A DNA stretch of 64,000 nt, taken from the IMG/VR virus record IMGVR_UViG_3300045988_182790; one strand, given 5' to 3'. Made by a program: the position numbers and the translations under genes. Source of the stretch: a virus. This document shows, piece after piece, positions 38,203 through 47,883 of this stretch; the stretch's first letter is position 1; each line of letters begins with the position of its first letter. Under the pieces are notes generated by a model. The model searched no databases and had not been told where the DNA came from. It worked only from the letters and a program-made list of their open reading frames with translations.

Positions 38203-40479
38203 TTACATGGCTACGATTTTTACGTCGTACCCATTCTCTGTTAATCTACCAACGACATCTGTAGATACTGTGAACTCTGTCTGACTTATATCAGACATTT
38301 CCTGCGTGTAAATTCTAAAGAAAAGTCCTGTTGTAAGGTCTGTTTCTTTATATCCCTGCGCAAAATTATAGATATTACACATATCTTCAATAGTTGGCGC
38401 AACAGCAAGAATTATTTTTGCCTGCTTATCAAGGACATTAAAGCTGTCAATAACAATCTGGTCTTCACCATTATTATCTGTGTCTTTATGTCCAATGATT
38501 TTTGTGATTGTTCCTGACTGAATGAGATTTTGATATTTCTCATAGGTTTTAGGAAAGCAAACGCCACTGATACTCTCTCCATCTTTGTCAGTGATTGTTA
38601 CAAATGCCATTTTGTCACCTTTTTTGGTTTTAATAACCTTTGCATCAGTGATGATTGCTGCCATTTTGACATTCGCTTTTTCATCTGCATTAACAATATC
38701 ATTGATAATCATGAGATTTGCGGTATCATAATCCTCTAAAGGATTTCCAGTAACCCACATTCCAAGAGCATCTACTTCTAAAAGAAGTCTTTTTTCTGTA
38801 GATAATGGGGCAACGTGTTTCTTTATAATACCTTTCATCTCATCACGAAGAATACTAAGTTCTCCCTGATATTTTCTAAGGTCAAGAACACGTTTGTTTT
38901 CCGCTTTCTCGTTTGTATATGACTGGTTTTCAAGCAAAGATATTTTTTCAATCTTCGTTTTAGCTTTTTTCCATACATCATCATAAGCCACAACATCAGT
39001 TGCACTTATTTCTCTGTTGATTGTGAAATCATCGCAAGCTCCAGAGTTAATAAGTTTTGCCACACAAGAAGCTCCGATTGTTGTTTTTTCAACAATCTCT
39101 TCGATTGAACGGAAATTGCCAGCTTTTTCTCTGTCTGCAACCAATACTTCTGCCGCACTCTTTAACCCTTTGATTGCTTTAAATCCTATTATGATGCCAT
39201 CTTTATATGGGTAATAATCTGCTTTGGATTCATTAATGTCTGGTCTATAAAGAGTGATGTTTGAAGCTTTACAATCAGCAACAAGCTGAGCTGTTTTGTC
39301 TGGTTGCCAGCCTATTATTGCGCACAAATATTCGCGCTTATAATGATATTTAAGCCATGCTGTAATATAAGATACAAGCGCATATGCTGCAGCGTGGGAT
39401 TTATTGAAACCATATTTAGCGAAAGGCATTAACTGGTCAAATAACCAATTTGCATCCTCTTCTGAAATATTTTGAGTTTCTTTACATCCTGTTACGAAAT
39501 CTGGTCTGACAGCGGCCAACTCTTCCTCATGTTTTTTGCTCATATGTCTTCTAACATTATCAGCATCACCCATGTCAAAGCCTGCCGCAGTTGTCATAAT
39601 GCTCATTACCTGCTCCTGATATACTGGGAACCCATATGTTTCAGACAAAATTGGTTCAAGAAAAGGGAATTTCTCCACAAATGGAGATTTTCTTCCAGTA
39701 TTCTTACAGTCAATAATGTCATCAATAAAATCCATTGGGCCAGGTCTGTATACAGAGATAGCAAGGATAATATCTTCGAAACAAGTAGGGTTAAGTCTTG
39801 TTAGCATCCCCTTCATTCCATCAGATTCTACCTGAAATACAAAGTTTGTATCTCCTTTAGCGTAAATATTCTGGAACACTTCTGTTTCAAAAGGAAGATT
39901 ATATGGCTCAATCTTTATGCCCTTTGTTTCGGTGATAATATGCATTGCATCAGTAATAGCATTAAGGTTTTTAAGCCCTAAGAAGTCCATTTTGATAAAT
40001 CCTAACTGGCCTTCGCACTGAACCATATCTGCTTGAACAGCAAATACTTCATTTCCATCATCATCGTTTGATTTCATAAGAGGTATATAATTCTCTACGT
40101 CAGTTCCATCAGAAATAATAATTCCTGCGGCGTGTGTTCCGTATGATGTTATATAGTTCTCAATCATCATTGCATAATCAATGATTGTCAGCGCTGTTTC
40201 ATTGCCGCTAAATTCAGCTTTCAACTCGTTTTCGTAATTAACGAGTTTTGCATTTGGTTCATCACCGATTAATTTACGCATTGACTTGTAAATGGAAATA
40301 TATTTCTTTTTATCTCCGCTCTCTTCAAGTCCAAGAAGCTTTGGTGCGTACTCAAGCGCGCTTTTTGCAGCAAGACGATTTTTTGTCATAATGTTTGCCA
40401 CAGAACGTTCACCGTATTTTTCCTTGACATATTTGATAGTGATTTCTCTTGCATGAGCTGAGAAATCTGTGTCAATATC
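38203..40479 (-). CDS. dnaE: DNA polymerase III alpha (DnaE-type) exon 2
   Basis: Begins DIDTDF (DnaE consensus DIDIDF). Contains GFNKSHAAAYALVSY (DnaE FNKSHSAAYA motif), fingers/thumb regions, and a C-terminal OB-like region. Confidence 0.85.
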   Translation of the reverse strand, partial: DIDTDFSAHAREITIKYVKEKYGERSVANIMTKNRLAAKSALEYAPKLLGLEESGDKKKYISIYKSMRKLIGDEPNAKLVNYENELKAEFSGNETALTIIDYAMMIENYITSYGTHAAGIIISDGTDVENYIPLMKSNDDDGNEVFAVQADMVQCEGQLGFIKMDFLGLKNLNAITDAMHIITETKGIKIEPYNLPFETEVFQNIYAKGDTNFVFQVESDGMKGMLTRLNPTCFEDIILAISVYRPGPMDFIDDIIDCKNTGRKSPFVEKFPFLEPILSETYGFPVYQEQVMSIMTTAAGFDMGDADNVRRHMSKKHEEELAAVRPDFVTGCKETQNISEEDANWLFDQLMPFAKYGFNKSHAAAYALVSYITAWLKYHYKREYLCAIIGWQPDKTAQLVADCKASNITLYRPDINESKADYYPYKDGIIIGFKAIKGLKSAAEVLVADREKAGNFRSIEEIVEKTTIGASCVAKLINSGACDDFTINREISATDVVAYDDVWKKAKTKIEKISLLENQSYTNEKAENKRVLDLRKYQGELSILRDEMKGIIKKHVAPLSTEKRLLLEVDALGMWVTGNPLEDYDTANLMIINDIVNADEKANVKMAAIITDAKVIKTKKGDKMAFVTITDKDGESISGVCFPKTYEKYQNLIQSGTITKIIGHKDTDNNGEDQIVIDSFNVLDKQAKIILAVAPTIEDMCNIYNFAQGYKETDLTTGLFFRIYTQEMSDISQTEFTVSTDVVGRLTENGYDVKIVAM

Positions 40480-40886
40480 CATTCATACCCTCGGTTTCCC
40501 GATATTTTGACTTTTAGGGGACTAGACTATATCTCGCTATTTAAAATAGCATGATGCACTTCGGTTAAGTATTCATCTCTTAACCTACTCTACTCGATTC
40601 GTCCTTAATAGGCTTATTCTCTTATTACTAAGAGTTACATTTATTAGTTCTTTCGATAGTCGTTACACTTTTGTTTATAATGTAATAAACACTTAGCACG
40701 GTATCACCTGCTATCTGTTTCCAGACCGTAGGCTCTCTTACGAAGCGGATTCGTCTATGGATTAAGCTGTATATCTCGTTGTGACGCTTCATACAGCAGT
40801 CTTATCTAGCTTCTACCGTTAGCACGTAACTCTTAGGCTACGCACACCCTTGAAAAAAGGTTCACATCATACGCCCAATATAGTTT
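40480..40886 (-). other. group I self-splicing intron (ORF-less, about 407 nt) in dnaE
   Basis: Exon 1 ends ...RVSMP (cct) and exon 2 starts DIDTDF, restoring the conserved RVSMPDIDxDF. Intron GGGCGT 11 nt in can pair with exon AUGCCU to form P1 with a U·G at the splice site. The last intron nt is G. AGATATAGTC is present (group I S-element-like). Confidence 0.65.
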
Positions 40887-42533
40887 AGGCATACTAACAC
40901 GATGAGGATTAAGAAATCGCTCAAACAAAAGATTGTATTTCATTGGGTCTATTTCTGAAATATCACTTAAATAACAAGCAAGCGAACCTCCCGCACTGCC
41001 TCGGCCTGGCCCGATTTCAGTTGAATTATCTCCATGACTTTTTGCATACTGAATGAAGTCAGCAACCTCGCAGAAATAATCATTAAAGCCCATCTGGTCA
41101 ATGATACTTAACTCGTATTCAAGTCTTTCCCTGTATTCCTTTGAAAATCCGTTTGGATAACGTTTAGGAATACCATCCTCACAAAGCTTACGAAGTCTTT
41201 CCTTTGCATTTTCAAACTTCGGATAATGTTTTGCGTCAGAAAGTTCTGGATTACACATTTTGGCGATAACTTCAATGTTTCCCATCGCTTCATCAACAAC
41301 ATCTTCTGGATAAAGCTGTAATAACATTTCAGCTAATTCATCGCCTGTTTTGAAATACAATTCATCATCGCCTGTAATAGCTTCTCGCCAAGGTCTATCC
41401 TGAGAAATTGACGCCAGATTTTCAAGAAGAAGTCTCTTCTTTGCATCTGTCTTATTTGCCATGTGGACATCATTTGTGGCCACAAGCGGAATATTCATTT
41501 CTCTTGCAAGTTTGACTATTACTGGATATATCATGGCTTCTGTATCTATGCCATGGTACTGAATTTCACAATAAAAGTCTGACTCAAAAACATCTACGAA
41601 AAACTTTGCGTACTTTTTACCCACAATGTAAAGTTCATCATCGTTTTTCTTTCTGGCCTCTAACAATGCAATTGCATCTTTATTCTTCTGAATAGTTTCC
41701 AATTTGGTCTTGTTCTTCGAAATAAGATTTTTGTTTGCTTTGTTATTGTTTTTTATTTCTTGTATTTGAGCCTTAAGAGATGAAATCTCATCCTTTGCTT
41801 CTTGTGCCTGAGCTTTTTCAATCTCAAGCGCTGCAAGCTTGAATTCTCTTTCTTCACTATCTTTGATTTTCTTGATTGCATTTTGTGTGGCACCAAATTT
41901 CTTTGATGCAATCGGAGTTAATTCTGCAATCTTTTCATTGATAGCTAGGATTTGCTTTTCTGCGACAGCATTGGATTCAAGAGCCTGTTGCAATCCGTCT
42001 GACAAATTGGATTTCGAAGATTCAATTCGATTTTGGATTTTTCTAATCTCTTTATCAATAAACAGATTGTAAGATAATGGTGTTGCTAATACTCCGCCAA
42101 CGCAGGCACTTGTTGCAACAACGTGTCCATACCCTAACGAGCCTTTACCGAAAAATTTCTTCAAATCCTTTAATTCGCCTACTGGTCTGCCAGAAATAAA
42201 ATTTCGATTTGTTTCTGATACAAACCTTGAGATTGCCTGAATACCTTCATAATCTTTTGCTAAAAGAACTAGATGTGCTCTCTTTTTTATTATGAAAGTT
42301 TCAGTTACAGGGATTTCAGTGTTGATATAAGCTTCAACACCAAGAATTGGTTTAATGTCATTCTCTTTGGCTGCATTATAAAAATCAAGCCAATTCCAAC
42401 AGCCTCCATGGTCTGTTATGGCTATAGCAGGCATTTTTAATTCTTTAGCCTTGCTGATACATTCTGATACAGTCATAGCTCCGTCATTGAGCGACGCATC
42501 AGTATGTACGTGTAGATTGATATTTGTTTTCAT
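40887..42533 (-). CDS. dnaE: DNA polymerase III alpha (DnaE-type) exon 1 (PHP domain with coiled-coil insertion)
   Basis: PHP motifs HVHTDASLNDGA and ITDHGG. Ends GGSLACYLSDISEIDPMKYNLLFERFLNPHRVSMP. K/E-rich insertion of about 130 aa inside the PHP domain. The track ORF continues into the intron to 40833. Confidence 0.85.
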
Positions 42534-42574
42534 ATTTTCCCTCCTTGATTATTCTTTTTATAAAGTTCACAAAG

Positions 42575-42587
42575 AATATGAGATTTG
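42575..42587 (-). promoter_or_regulatory. class-A conserved upstream motif (example)
   Basis: CAAATCTCATATT about 40 nt before the dnaE exon-1 ATG. Confidence 0.5.
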
Positions 42588-42686
42588 AAAAGTGAAGTAA
42601 GCGATGTGATATATACAAATAGAGGGCATATTTGAGAAAATATTCAAAAAAAAGAACCACAATTTCTTGCGGTTCTAATTTTTTGT

Positions 42687-43412
42687 TTACCAATTTGCAA
42701 AAGCTATGATTTCACGTTCCTTTTTTATGTTTGCTATCGCATTTTCATAGAAAACTCGGTCAACCATTGTTTTTGCAATTTTTTCTTGCTCGTCCAAAGC
42801 TTCCTTTGCTTCCTGCATTTTGCTAGAAACTAAGTAATTATAAGCTTCTGGGTCTTCCGCTTTCAGCTGGAGCGGAGTTATTTTGATACGTTCCATTTTT
42901 TGATAATTCGGTTCATCAGCCTCATCAATAGAACGCTTGATGTACGTGCCAACAGGAGGGTTTGTTGGAATATCGCATTCATATCCATATTCCTGCGTGA
43001 CAAATTCTGTTGGTAAGTGGGTTCCTAGTCCAATAACCTCGAAAAACGGTTTAAGGTAACTAGCTTCTTTTACTACCTCACTTCTTTCTTCGGACATTGC
43101 AATGCTTTCTTTGTCAATACCGAACGAGTCAATTATCCAGTTGAGAGCATCCACAAAAGATAATGACAAATAATTCATTACCATTGTGAAAATATCTCCG
43201 CCAGACCGACAACCAAAGCAATAATAACTTTTGTTGTCCTGCGAAACAACGCAGTTGGTGAGGTTTTTATCAACCTTACCAAGGTTTTTCATGTGATTTG
43301 GACACTCCAACCACATTTTTCCGCTTTTGTACTTGGTTCTAAGACCAAGTTGATTTGCGACCTCTTCTACGGAAACCATCTCTTTCAGTAGGTCTTTGTC
43401 TATCATACTCAT
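42687..43412 (-). CDS. DnaG-like primase zinc-binding (CHC2) domain protein
   Basis: CPNHMKNLGKVDKNLTNC...CFGCRSGGDIFT matches the primase CHC2 zinc-finger pattern. No TOPRIM region seen. Confidence 0.65.
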   Translation of the reverse strand: MSMIDKDLLKEMVSVEEVANQLGLRTKYKSGKMWLECPNHMKNLGKVDKNLTNCVVSQDNKSYYCFGCRSGGDIFTMVMNYLSLSFVDALNWIIDSFGIDKESIAMSEERSEVVKEASYLKPFFEVIGLGTHLPTEFVTQEYGYECDIPTNPPVGTYIKRSIDEADEPNYQKMERIKITPLQLKAEDPEAYNYLVSSKMQEAKEALDEQEKIAKTMVDRVFYENAIANIKKEREIIAFANW

Positions 43413-43502
43413 AGTTTTTACTCCCTTACATGAAGATTTTTTATAGTATGAATATGAGTTTTAGACATAAAAAAACCACTCTCTTTTGAGAGTGGTGATA
43501 AA

Positions 43503-43691
43503 CTACAATGTGAAAATATAATAAAAGCAGAGGATTATTATGCCAATGTCTACTAAATAGCCAACGCCATAAGCAAATATTTCTGCTCTCGAATTATAAA
43601 TGCTTCTTACTTGCTCTGCTAATGGTTTTGTCATTCTGATACCAAAAACAATAATTGCAAGTAGTATTAATTTTATAACTGGTGTGGTCAT
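43503..43691 (-). CDS. small membrane protein (62 aa)
   Basis: Two hydrophobic helices. Confidence 0.35.
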   Translation of the reverse strand: MTTPVIKLILLAIIVFGIRMTKPLAEQVRSIYNSRAEIFAYGVGYLVDIGIIILCFYYIFTL

Positions 43692-43911
43692 TTTTATCCC
43701 CCCTTCTTTTATTATGAATATCTTATCATTCCTTATTTCTTTTTACAAGACTGACTTATGATATCATTGTTACCAAATGCTTGCTTAATCATCTAATTTA
43801 ATAGGACACTTTTCTAATATCTCATACCCATTGGCTTCTAAGCACTCTTTTACGCTTTCATCCATTACATAACAAATTTCCTGCACTGTCTGAACATCTT
43901 CAATAAATCTG

Positions 43912-44094
43912 TCAGCTTTGCACCATCCTTGTGTGTTGTTTTTCATCTGGATTAACATAATCCCATCCGCAAACTAATACAAGATTTAGTCTCAGCGAAT
44001 CATACCCATCATAAATTTCCATTGAATCTACCTTATATACAAGGTTATCTTCGTTTTTTACAAAAATTGCTTTGTTTTCTAATAGCGCTTTCAT
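43912..44094 (-). CDS. hypothetical small protein; possibly 5' part of a frameshifted gene
   Basis: A 48-codon open frame continues downstream (43768-43913) in another frame. Confidence 0.3.
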   Translation of the reverse strand: MKALLENKAIFVKNEDNLVYKVDSMEIYDGYDSLRLNLVLVCGWDYVNPDEKQHTRMVQS

Positions 44095-44115
44095 TTTTTT
44101 ACTCCTTTTGTGAAA

Positions 44116-44307
44116 CTATTTCAATTGTCTTAATGCTTCATTTGCCTTTTCCTCTGATGAGTAGTAATAACCTTTACTATCTATTCCTTCTATGTCTGAA
44201 ATTGTCAAATCTCTTATTGACTTAGACATTATCATTGCATATTTACTGTTTTTGTCAACTATTGTCCAAACATAATCGTTTGGATATTCAATTTTAATCC
44301 CTGCCAT
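44116..44307 (-). CDS. hypothetical protein (63 aa)
   Basis: Intact small ORF. Confidence 0.35.
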   Translation of the reverse strand: MAGIKIEYPNDYVWTIVDKNSKYAMIMSKSIRDLTISDIEGIDSKGYYYSSEEKANEALRQLK

Positions 44308-44535
44308 TATTTATTTTTAGTAGCAGACTGTATCGTATGTATGAAAGTATTGTAAAATAAACATTTATCACTTCCTTTGCATAAAATACTGTCCACTACG
44401 TTCTCCTTTCCTAAAATTATCCTTAATCCTTCGTTTAGGATATTGATAGCAGCATTTTTGTCACGGCTAATTATAAGACCACAATTTTATTCTTCTACTA
44501 CTTCGAAACTATTTGCCTGAGTTTCTTACATTGTT

Positions 44536-44829
44536 CTAAAACATCAATACTGCTTCTTTATTACGAAGTTTAATACAGATTGTTCTATCACTATTATTAA
44601 TCTCATAATCAACTAAGTCATATTCGTAAACATCAACTTCTGTATTCGATGATTTTGATTTCAGATATAACATTTCTGTTCCAATGGTTTCTGCAAATTT
44701 CTCGATGTTTATAAGGTCTGAAAATCCATATGTGGAAATTGGGCCATATACAATTCCTATAAGATTTTTGCTTGTTTTTGATATTTTATATGTGTCAACT
44801 ATTAGTTGTTTGAATTTTTCGTTTTTCAT
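44536..44829 (-). CDS. hypothetical protein (97 aa)
   Basis: Intact ORF with RBS. Confidence 0.4.
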   Translation of the reverse strand: MKNEKFKQLIVDTYKISKTSKNLIGIVYGPISTYGFSDLINIEKFAETIGTEMLYLKSKSSNTEVDVYEYDLVDYEINNSDRTICIKLRNKEAVLMF

Positions 44830-45140
44830 AATGACTCCTCTTTAATTTATTGCATTCAAAAGCAGTTCTTCTATATCATAATTATGCGCTTTTGCCATTC
44901 TTTTTGCAACGGCTTTGTCGTTACCATCTCCACTTTTATATATCCTACCAATAGCAAATCGTGTCCAGATTTGTTATTACCTCATCCAAAGTTCAGTTTA
45001 AATATCCATTGGGTCACATTCTGAATTAGGACATTCGCCATAATCTTCATAGCACTTACTGCAACAAAACTGGCATTCCATCCATCACCTATTTTGCAAT
45101 CATCACACACTGATGGTTCTCTGCAATCGTCTTCTATGGT

Positions 45141-45458
45141 TCATTCTCCTTCTAAATCCATAATCGCTCCACAATTAGGACAATATTTTGACTTTATTTT
45201 CTGGTTAGCATAATCAGTTTTATATACTTTCTTGCTACAAACAGAACAATATACACCTTCATTTGCACATTCATCTAATAGAAGCCAACTGCCATGTTTT
45301 CTAACTTCTGAATTTTTTATTAGATAATCATACATATTTTCAAGTCCAAGATTATAGATTCCCATAAACCCTTTCATTTGTCCTGTTTCTATGAGTTCTT
45401 CTTTGCTTATATTGCAAGCTTTAATCATTGCATCATATTTCTTACCATCTTCTGTCAT
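45141..45458 (-). CDS. zinc-ribbon protein (105 aa)
   Basis: CSVCSKK...CPNCG four-Cys ribbon. Confidence 0.45.
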   Translation of the reverse strand: MTEDGKKYDAMIKACNISKEELIETGQMKGFMGIYNLGLENMYDYLIKNSEVRKHGSWLLLDECANEGVYCSVCSKKVYKTDYANQKIKSKYCPNCGAIMDLEGE

Positions 45459-45504
45459 ATCTATTCTCCAATATAAAATGTTAGTTCAATGGTGGTTTTA
45501 CTTT

Positions 45505-45729
45505 CTATAATTTGCACCAATCATCTGTATGGTATTTATTCCAATCATCTATCGCCACTTGTGTCCCATGAGTAATATGTGATATACTGTTTCTACCGCA
45601 AATAGGACAAATTAGCTGAATCCATTCCAAATTACATTTCACTTGCGGAAGAACATTACATTTACGACATGGCTTTGCTTGTGTCCAATTTGTGCCTCTT
45701 TGAGAACGTGATTTCAATACCCCATACAT
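45505..45729 (-). CDS. zinc-finger small protein (74 aa)
   Basis: CRKCN...CPICG. Its start overlaps a 17-nt tandem duplication (GTATGGGGTATTGAAAT x2). Confidence 0.4.
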   Translation of the reverse strand: MYGVLKSRSQRGTNWTQAKPCRKCNVLPQVKCNLEWIQLICPICGRNSISHITHGTQVAIDDWNKYHTDDWCKL

Positions 45730-46081
45730 ATTTCAATACCCCATACTTCAATAGTATCAATAGGATAACCTAATTCAGTTGCCAAATTCTTTTTAGCTTC
45801 ATATTCAGACACGGCTTTTCTGTAATATGTTTCCTTAGTAACTGTACAAAATAACATAAACGTTAACATATTCTATCTCCTCCCTAAATCCTTATTTATT
45901 TCAATTTTATACGATTATATATCCTATCATTTTGAATTAAATTTTCGTGTTCACTTCGTAAAGTTTTTCTAAATTCAGAATATGACGTTACACGACCACA
46001 AATTGCTTCGCATTGCCATTCATAATTGAGTTTTTTCTTTACTTGTCTTTTGTTCATATTATTCTTTACCTCTCGAAATGC

Positions 46082-46450
46082 TTAAAAGTCTTTGCCCCAT
46101 TCGTTTTTTTTAATAGCTTCTTCGATTGAATGAGCTAATTTGTTTGAACCGTTTTCTATGTACGAAAATTGCCACTTTCCATCAAAGAATTTTACAACAT
46201 CGAAATATTCTTTTTTTTCTTCATTTCCAAAACAAAATACTTTCGGGTGCGGAATCTCTAATAACTCAAAACCAGATACATCATAACCATCATTAGCAAT
46301 TAACTCTGCAATTGTATCAAAATCGGTTTTTGGAATATCTTCATTCCAACTTATTAAGTGAATATAATCTTCTCCTATTTCTCCTACGTCGCACATAGGA
46401 AACCATCTGTCGAACTCCATAATATCTTTAACATCGCTGATATTGCTCAT
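46082..46450 (-). CDS. hypothetical protein (122 aa)
   Basis: Intact ORF preceded by CTAAGGATTTAAGAAAGAGAGG. Confidence 0.45.
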   Translation of the reverse strand: MSNISDVKDIMEFDRWFPMCDVGEIGEDYIHLISWNEDIPKTDFDTIAELIANDGYDVSGFELLEIPHPKVFCFGNEEKKEYFDVVKFFDGKWQFSYIENGSNKLAHSIEEAIKKNEWGKDF

Positions 46451-46478
46451 ATTATCCTCTCTTTCTTAAATCCTTAGT

Positions 46479-46832
46479 TTATGAATTATCTTTAACCCAT
46501 ATAACAGCACCTCTCGGATGTGAATATGGTATAGGAATTTGATATTTTTCTACCGAACCATATTCAAAAATCCATGCATAAGGTGTCTTATATCTTTCTA
46601 TCAACTCTTCCCATGAAATATCTACTTGATGATTTTTCTTATTGGTTTCCCATAATTGCTTTGTGAGAGGTATAGAGTCTGTAATATTTGCTGTTCCAAA
46701 TACACAACCTGTTCCACTTTTTGCAATTGCAATTTTCCCTCTTTTTGTAGTATTACTTCCACGGATTTCCCAAAGTTTGTTATAATCAAAAATTCTGTCA
46801 GCCCAATAAGGTTTTACAATTAAGATATCCAC
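46479..46832 (-). CDS. ASCH/PUA-like domain protein
   Basis: MDILIVKPYWADRIFDYNKLWEIRGSNTTKRGKIAIAKSG resembles the ASCH N-terminal beta-barrel pattern. Confidence 0.45.
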   Translation of the reverse strand: MDILIVKPYWADRIFDYNKLWEIRGSNTTKRGKIAIAKSGTGCVFGTANITDSIPLTKQLWETNKKNHQVDISWEELIERYKTPYAWIFEYGSVEKYQIPIPYSHPRGAVIWVKDNS

Positions 46833-46859
46833 AATTATTCCTTTCGACTAAAGTCTAAT

Positions 46860-47084
46860 CTACTTAAGTTTCTCTGCTATTTTTCTAATGTTATCAAGGA
46901 CAGTATCACAGTTTCTCCAAACTACCCAACTGCAATCTCCATCTTTTTCAGCACTCATTACTTGAGTTATTATATCCATACTTGCGTCAGACAATTTTTC
47001 AGCAATGTCATCCCATTTTTGAGATTCAATCCACCTTGAAAATCTTGGTTGATAGTATTTAACTTCCTCATTTTCAACTTTCAT
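46860..47084 (-). CDS. hypothetical protein (74 aa)
   Basis: Intact ORF preceded by TAAGGATTTACGGAGG. Confidence 0.4.
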   Translation of the reverse strand: MKVENEEVKYYQPRFSRWIESQKWDDIAEKLSDASMDIITQVMSAEKDGDCSWVVWRNCDTVLDNIRKIAEKLK

Positions 47085-47087
47085 TTG

Positions 47088-47315
47088 TCAACCTCCGTAA
47101 ATCCTTATAAAACTTGCATTTAAAGTTTCGTTGCAAATATCTATCCAACTAAAATCTGATTCTCCGCTCACAAGATATAGTCTTACATCCGACTCTCCAA
47201 TTTCATCTGAGACTTTCCATATCGAATCTTTCTTTGCAACCCCAAATTTATCAGTTATGCTACCATCATCATCTTCAAAAGGAATTGTAAGATTTTCTTT
47301 GCAAACATATTTATC
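47088..47315 (-). CDS. hypothetical protein (about 75 aa; track ORF extends to 47408)
   Basis: Likely start MDKYVCK with ATAAGGATTTAGCGGAGG immediately upstream. Confidence 0.35.
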   Translation of the reverse strand, partial: DKYVCKENLTIPFEDDDGSITDKFGVAKKDSIWKVSDEIGESDVRLYLVSGESDFSWIDICNETLNASFIRIYGG

Positions 47316-47352
47316 CATAGCTTCTACCTCCGCTAAATCCTTATTTATCATG

Positions 47353-47553
47353 CTAAAAAATAATCTTGTTTTTTTTGCTGCATCCCAGCTTCCAAAAACG
47401 TTGTTCACATCTTTTCACAATTCCATAACAATCATATGTCATATCTATCTCTAAATATGGTTCTTCTGGAATATATCCACAATGTTTTATAAATTCATTT
47501 GTTATGTCATTAACACTATGAACTTCGATAATATAATGCTCTAATAAATTCAT
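47353..47553 (-). CDS. hypothetical protein (66 aa)
   Basis: Class-B motif at 47592-47608 and RBS GGGAGGGGGA. Confidence 0.4.
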   Translation of the reverse strand: MNLLEHYIIEVHSVNDITNEFIKHCGYIPEEPYLEIDMTYDCYGIVKRCEQRFWKLGCSKKNKIIF

Positions 47554-47591
47554 TCCCCCTCCCAGTAATCACCCTAATCTTGTTTTATATT

Positions 47592-47608
47592 TATATAGTG
47601 GGTAAAAA
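47592..47608 (-). promoter_or_regulatory. class-B conserved upstream motif (example)
   Basis: TTTTTACCCACTATATA on the gene strand, preceded by TTTTTGTTAGATAAAAT. About 10 similar copies in the window. Confidence 0.5.
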
Positions 47609-47661
47609 GTATATTTTATCTAACAAAAATAGCAGAGAATTTCTTCCCTGCTATCGTGTTG

Positions 47662-47883
47662 TTAAGGTCTTATTCTTATAATTTCTTTACCACATTCTCT
47701 TGCATATTGTACGCAATTACACGTTCCGCCTTTGGAACCATCCCACACAGCAATAATTTTGTCAGCTATATCTATCATTTTCCTGCGGTTTCTTAATGAA
47801 AAAACTCTGTATTCAGCCTGTAAAACATTGTCTGAGTGCCAGTTATCTTCAACAATATGCCAGATAAAACCCTGAAAAAACAT
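47662..47883 (-). pseudogene. possible remnant of a YpsA/SLOG-like gene
   Basis: IIAVWDGSKGGTCNCVQYARECGKEII resembles the C-terminal core of SLOG/YpsA-type Rossmann proteins. Only about 40 codons are free of overlap with the upstream gene. Confidence 0.25.
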
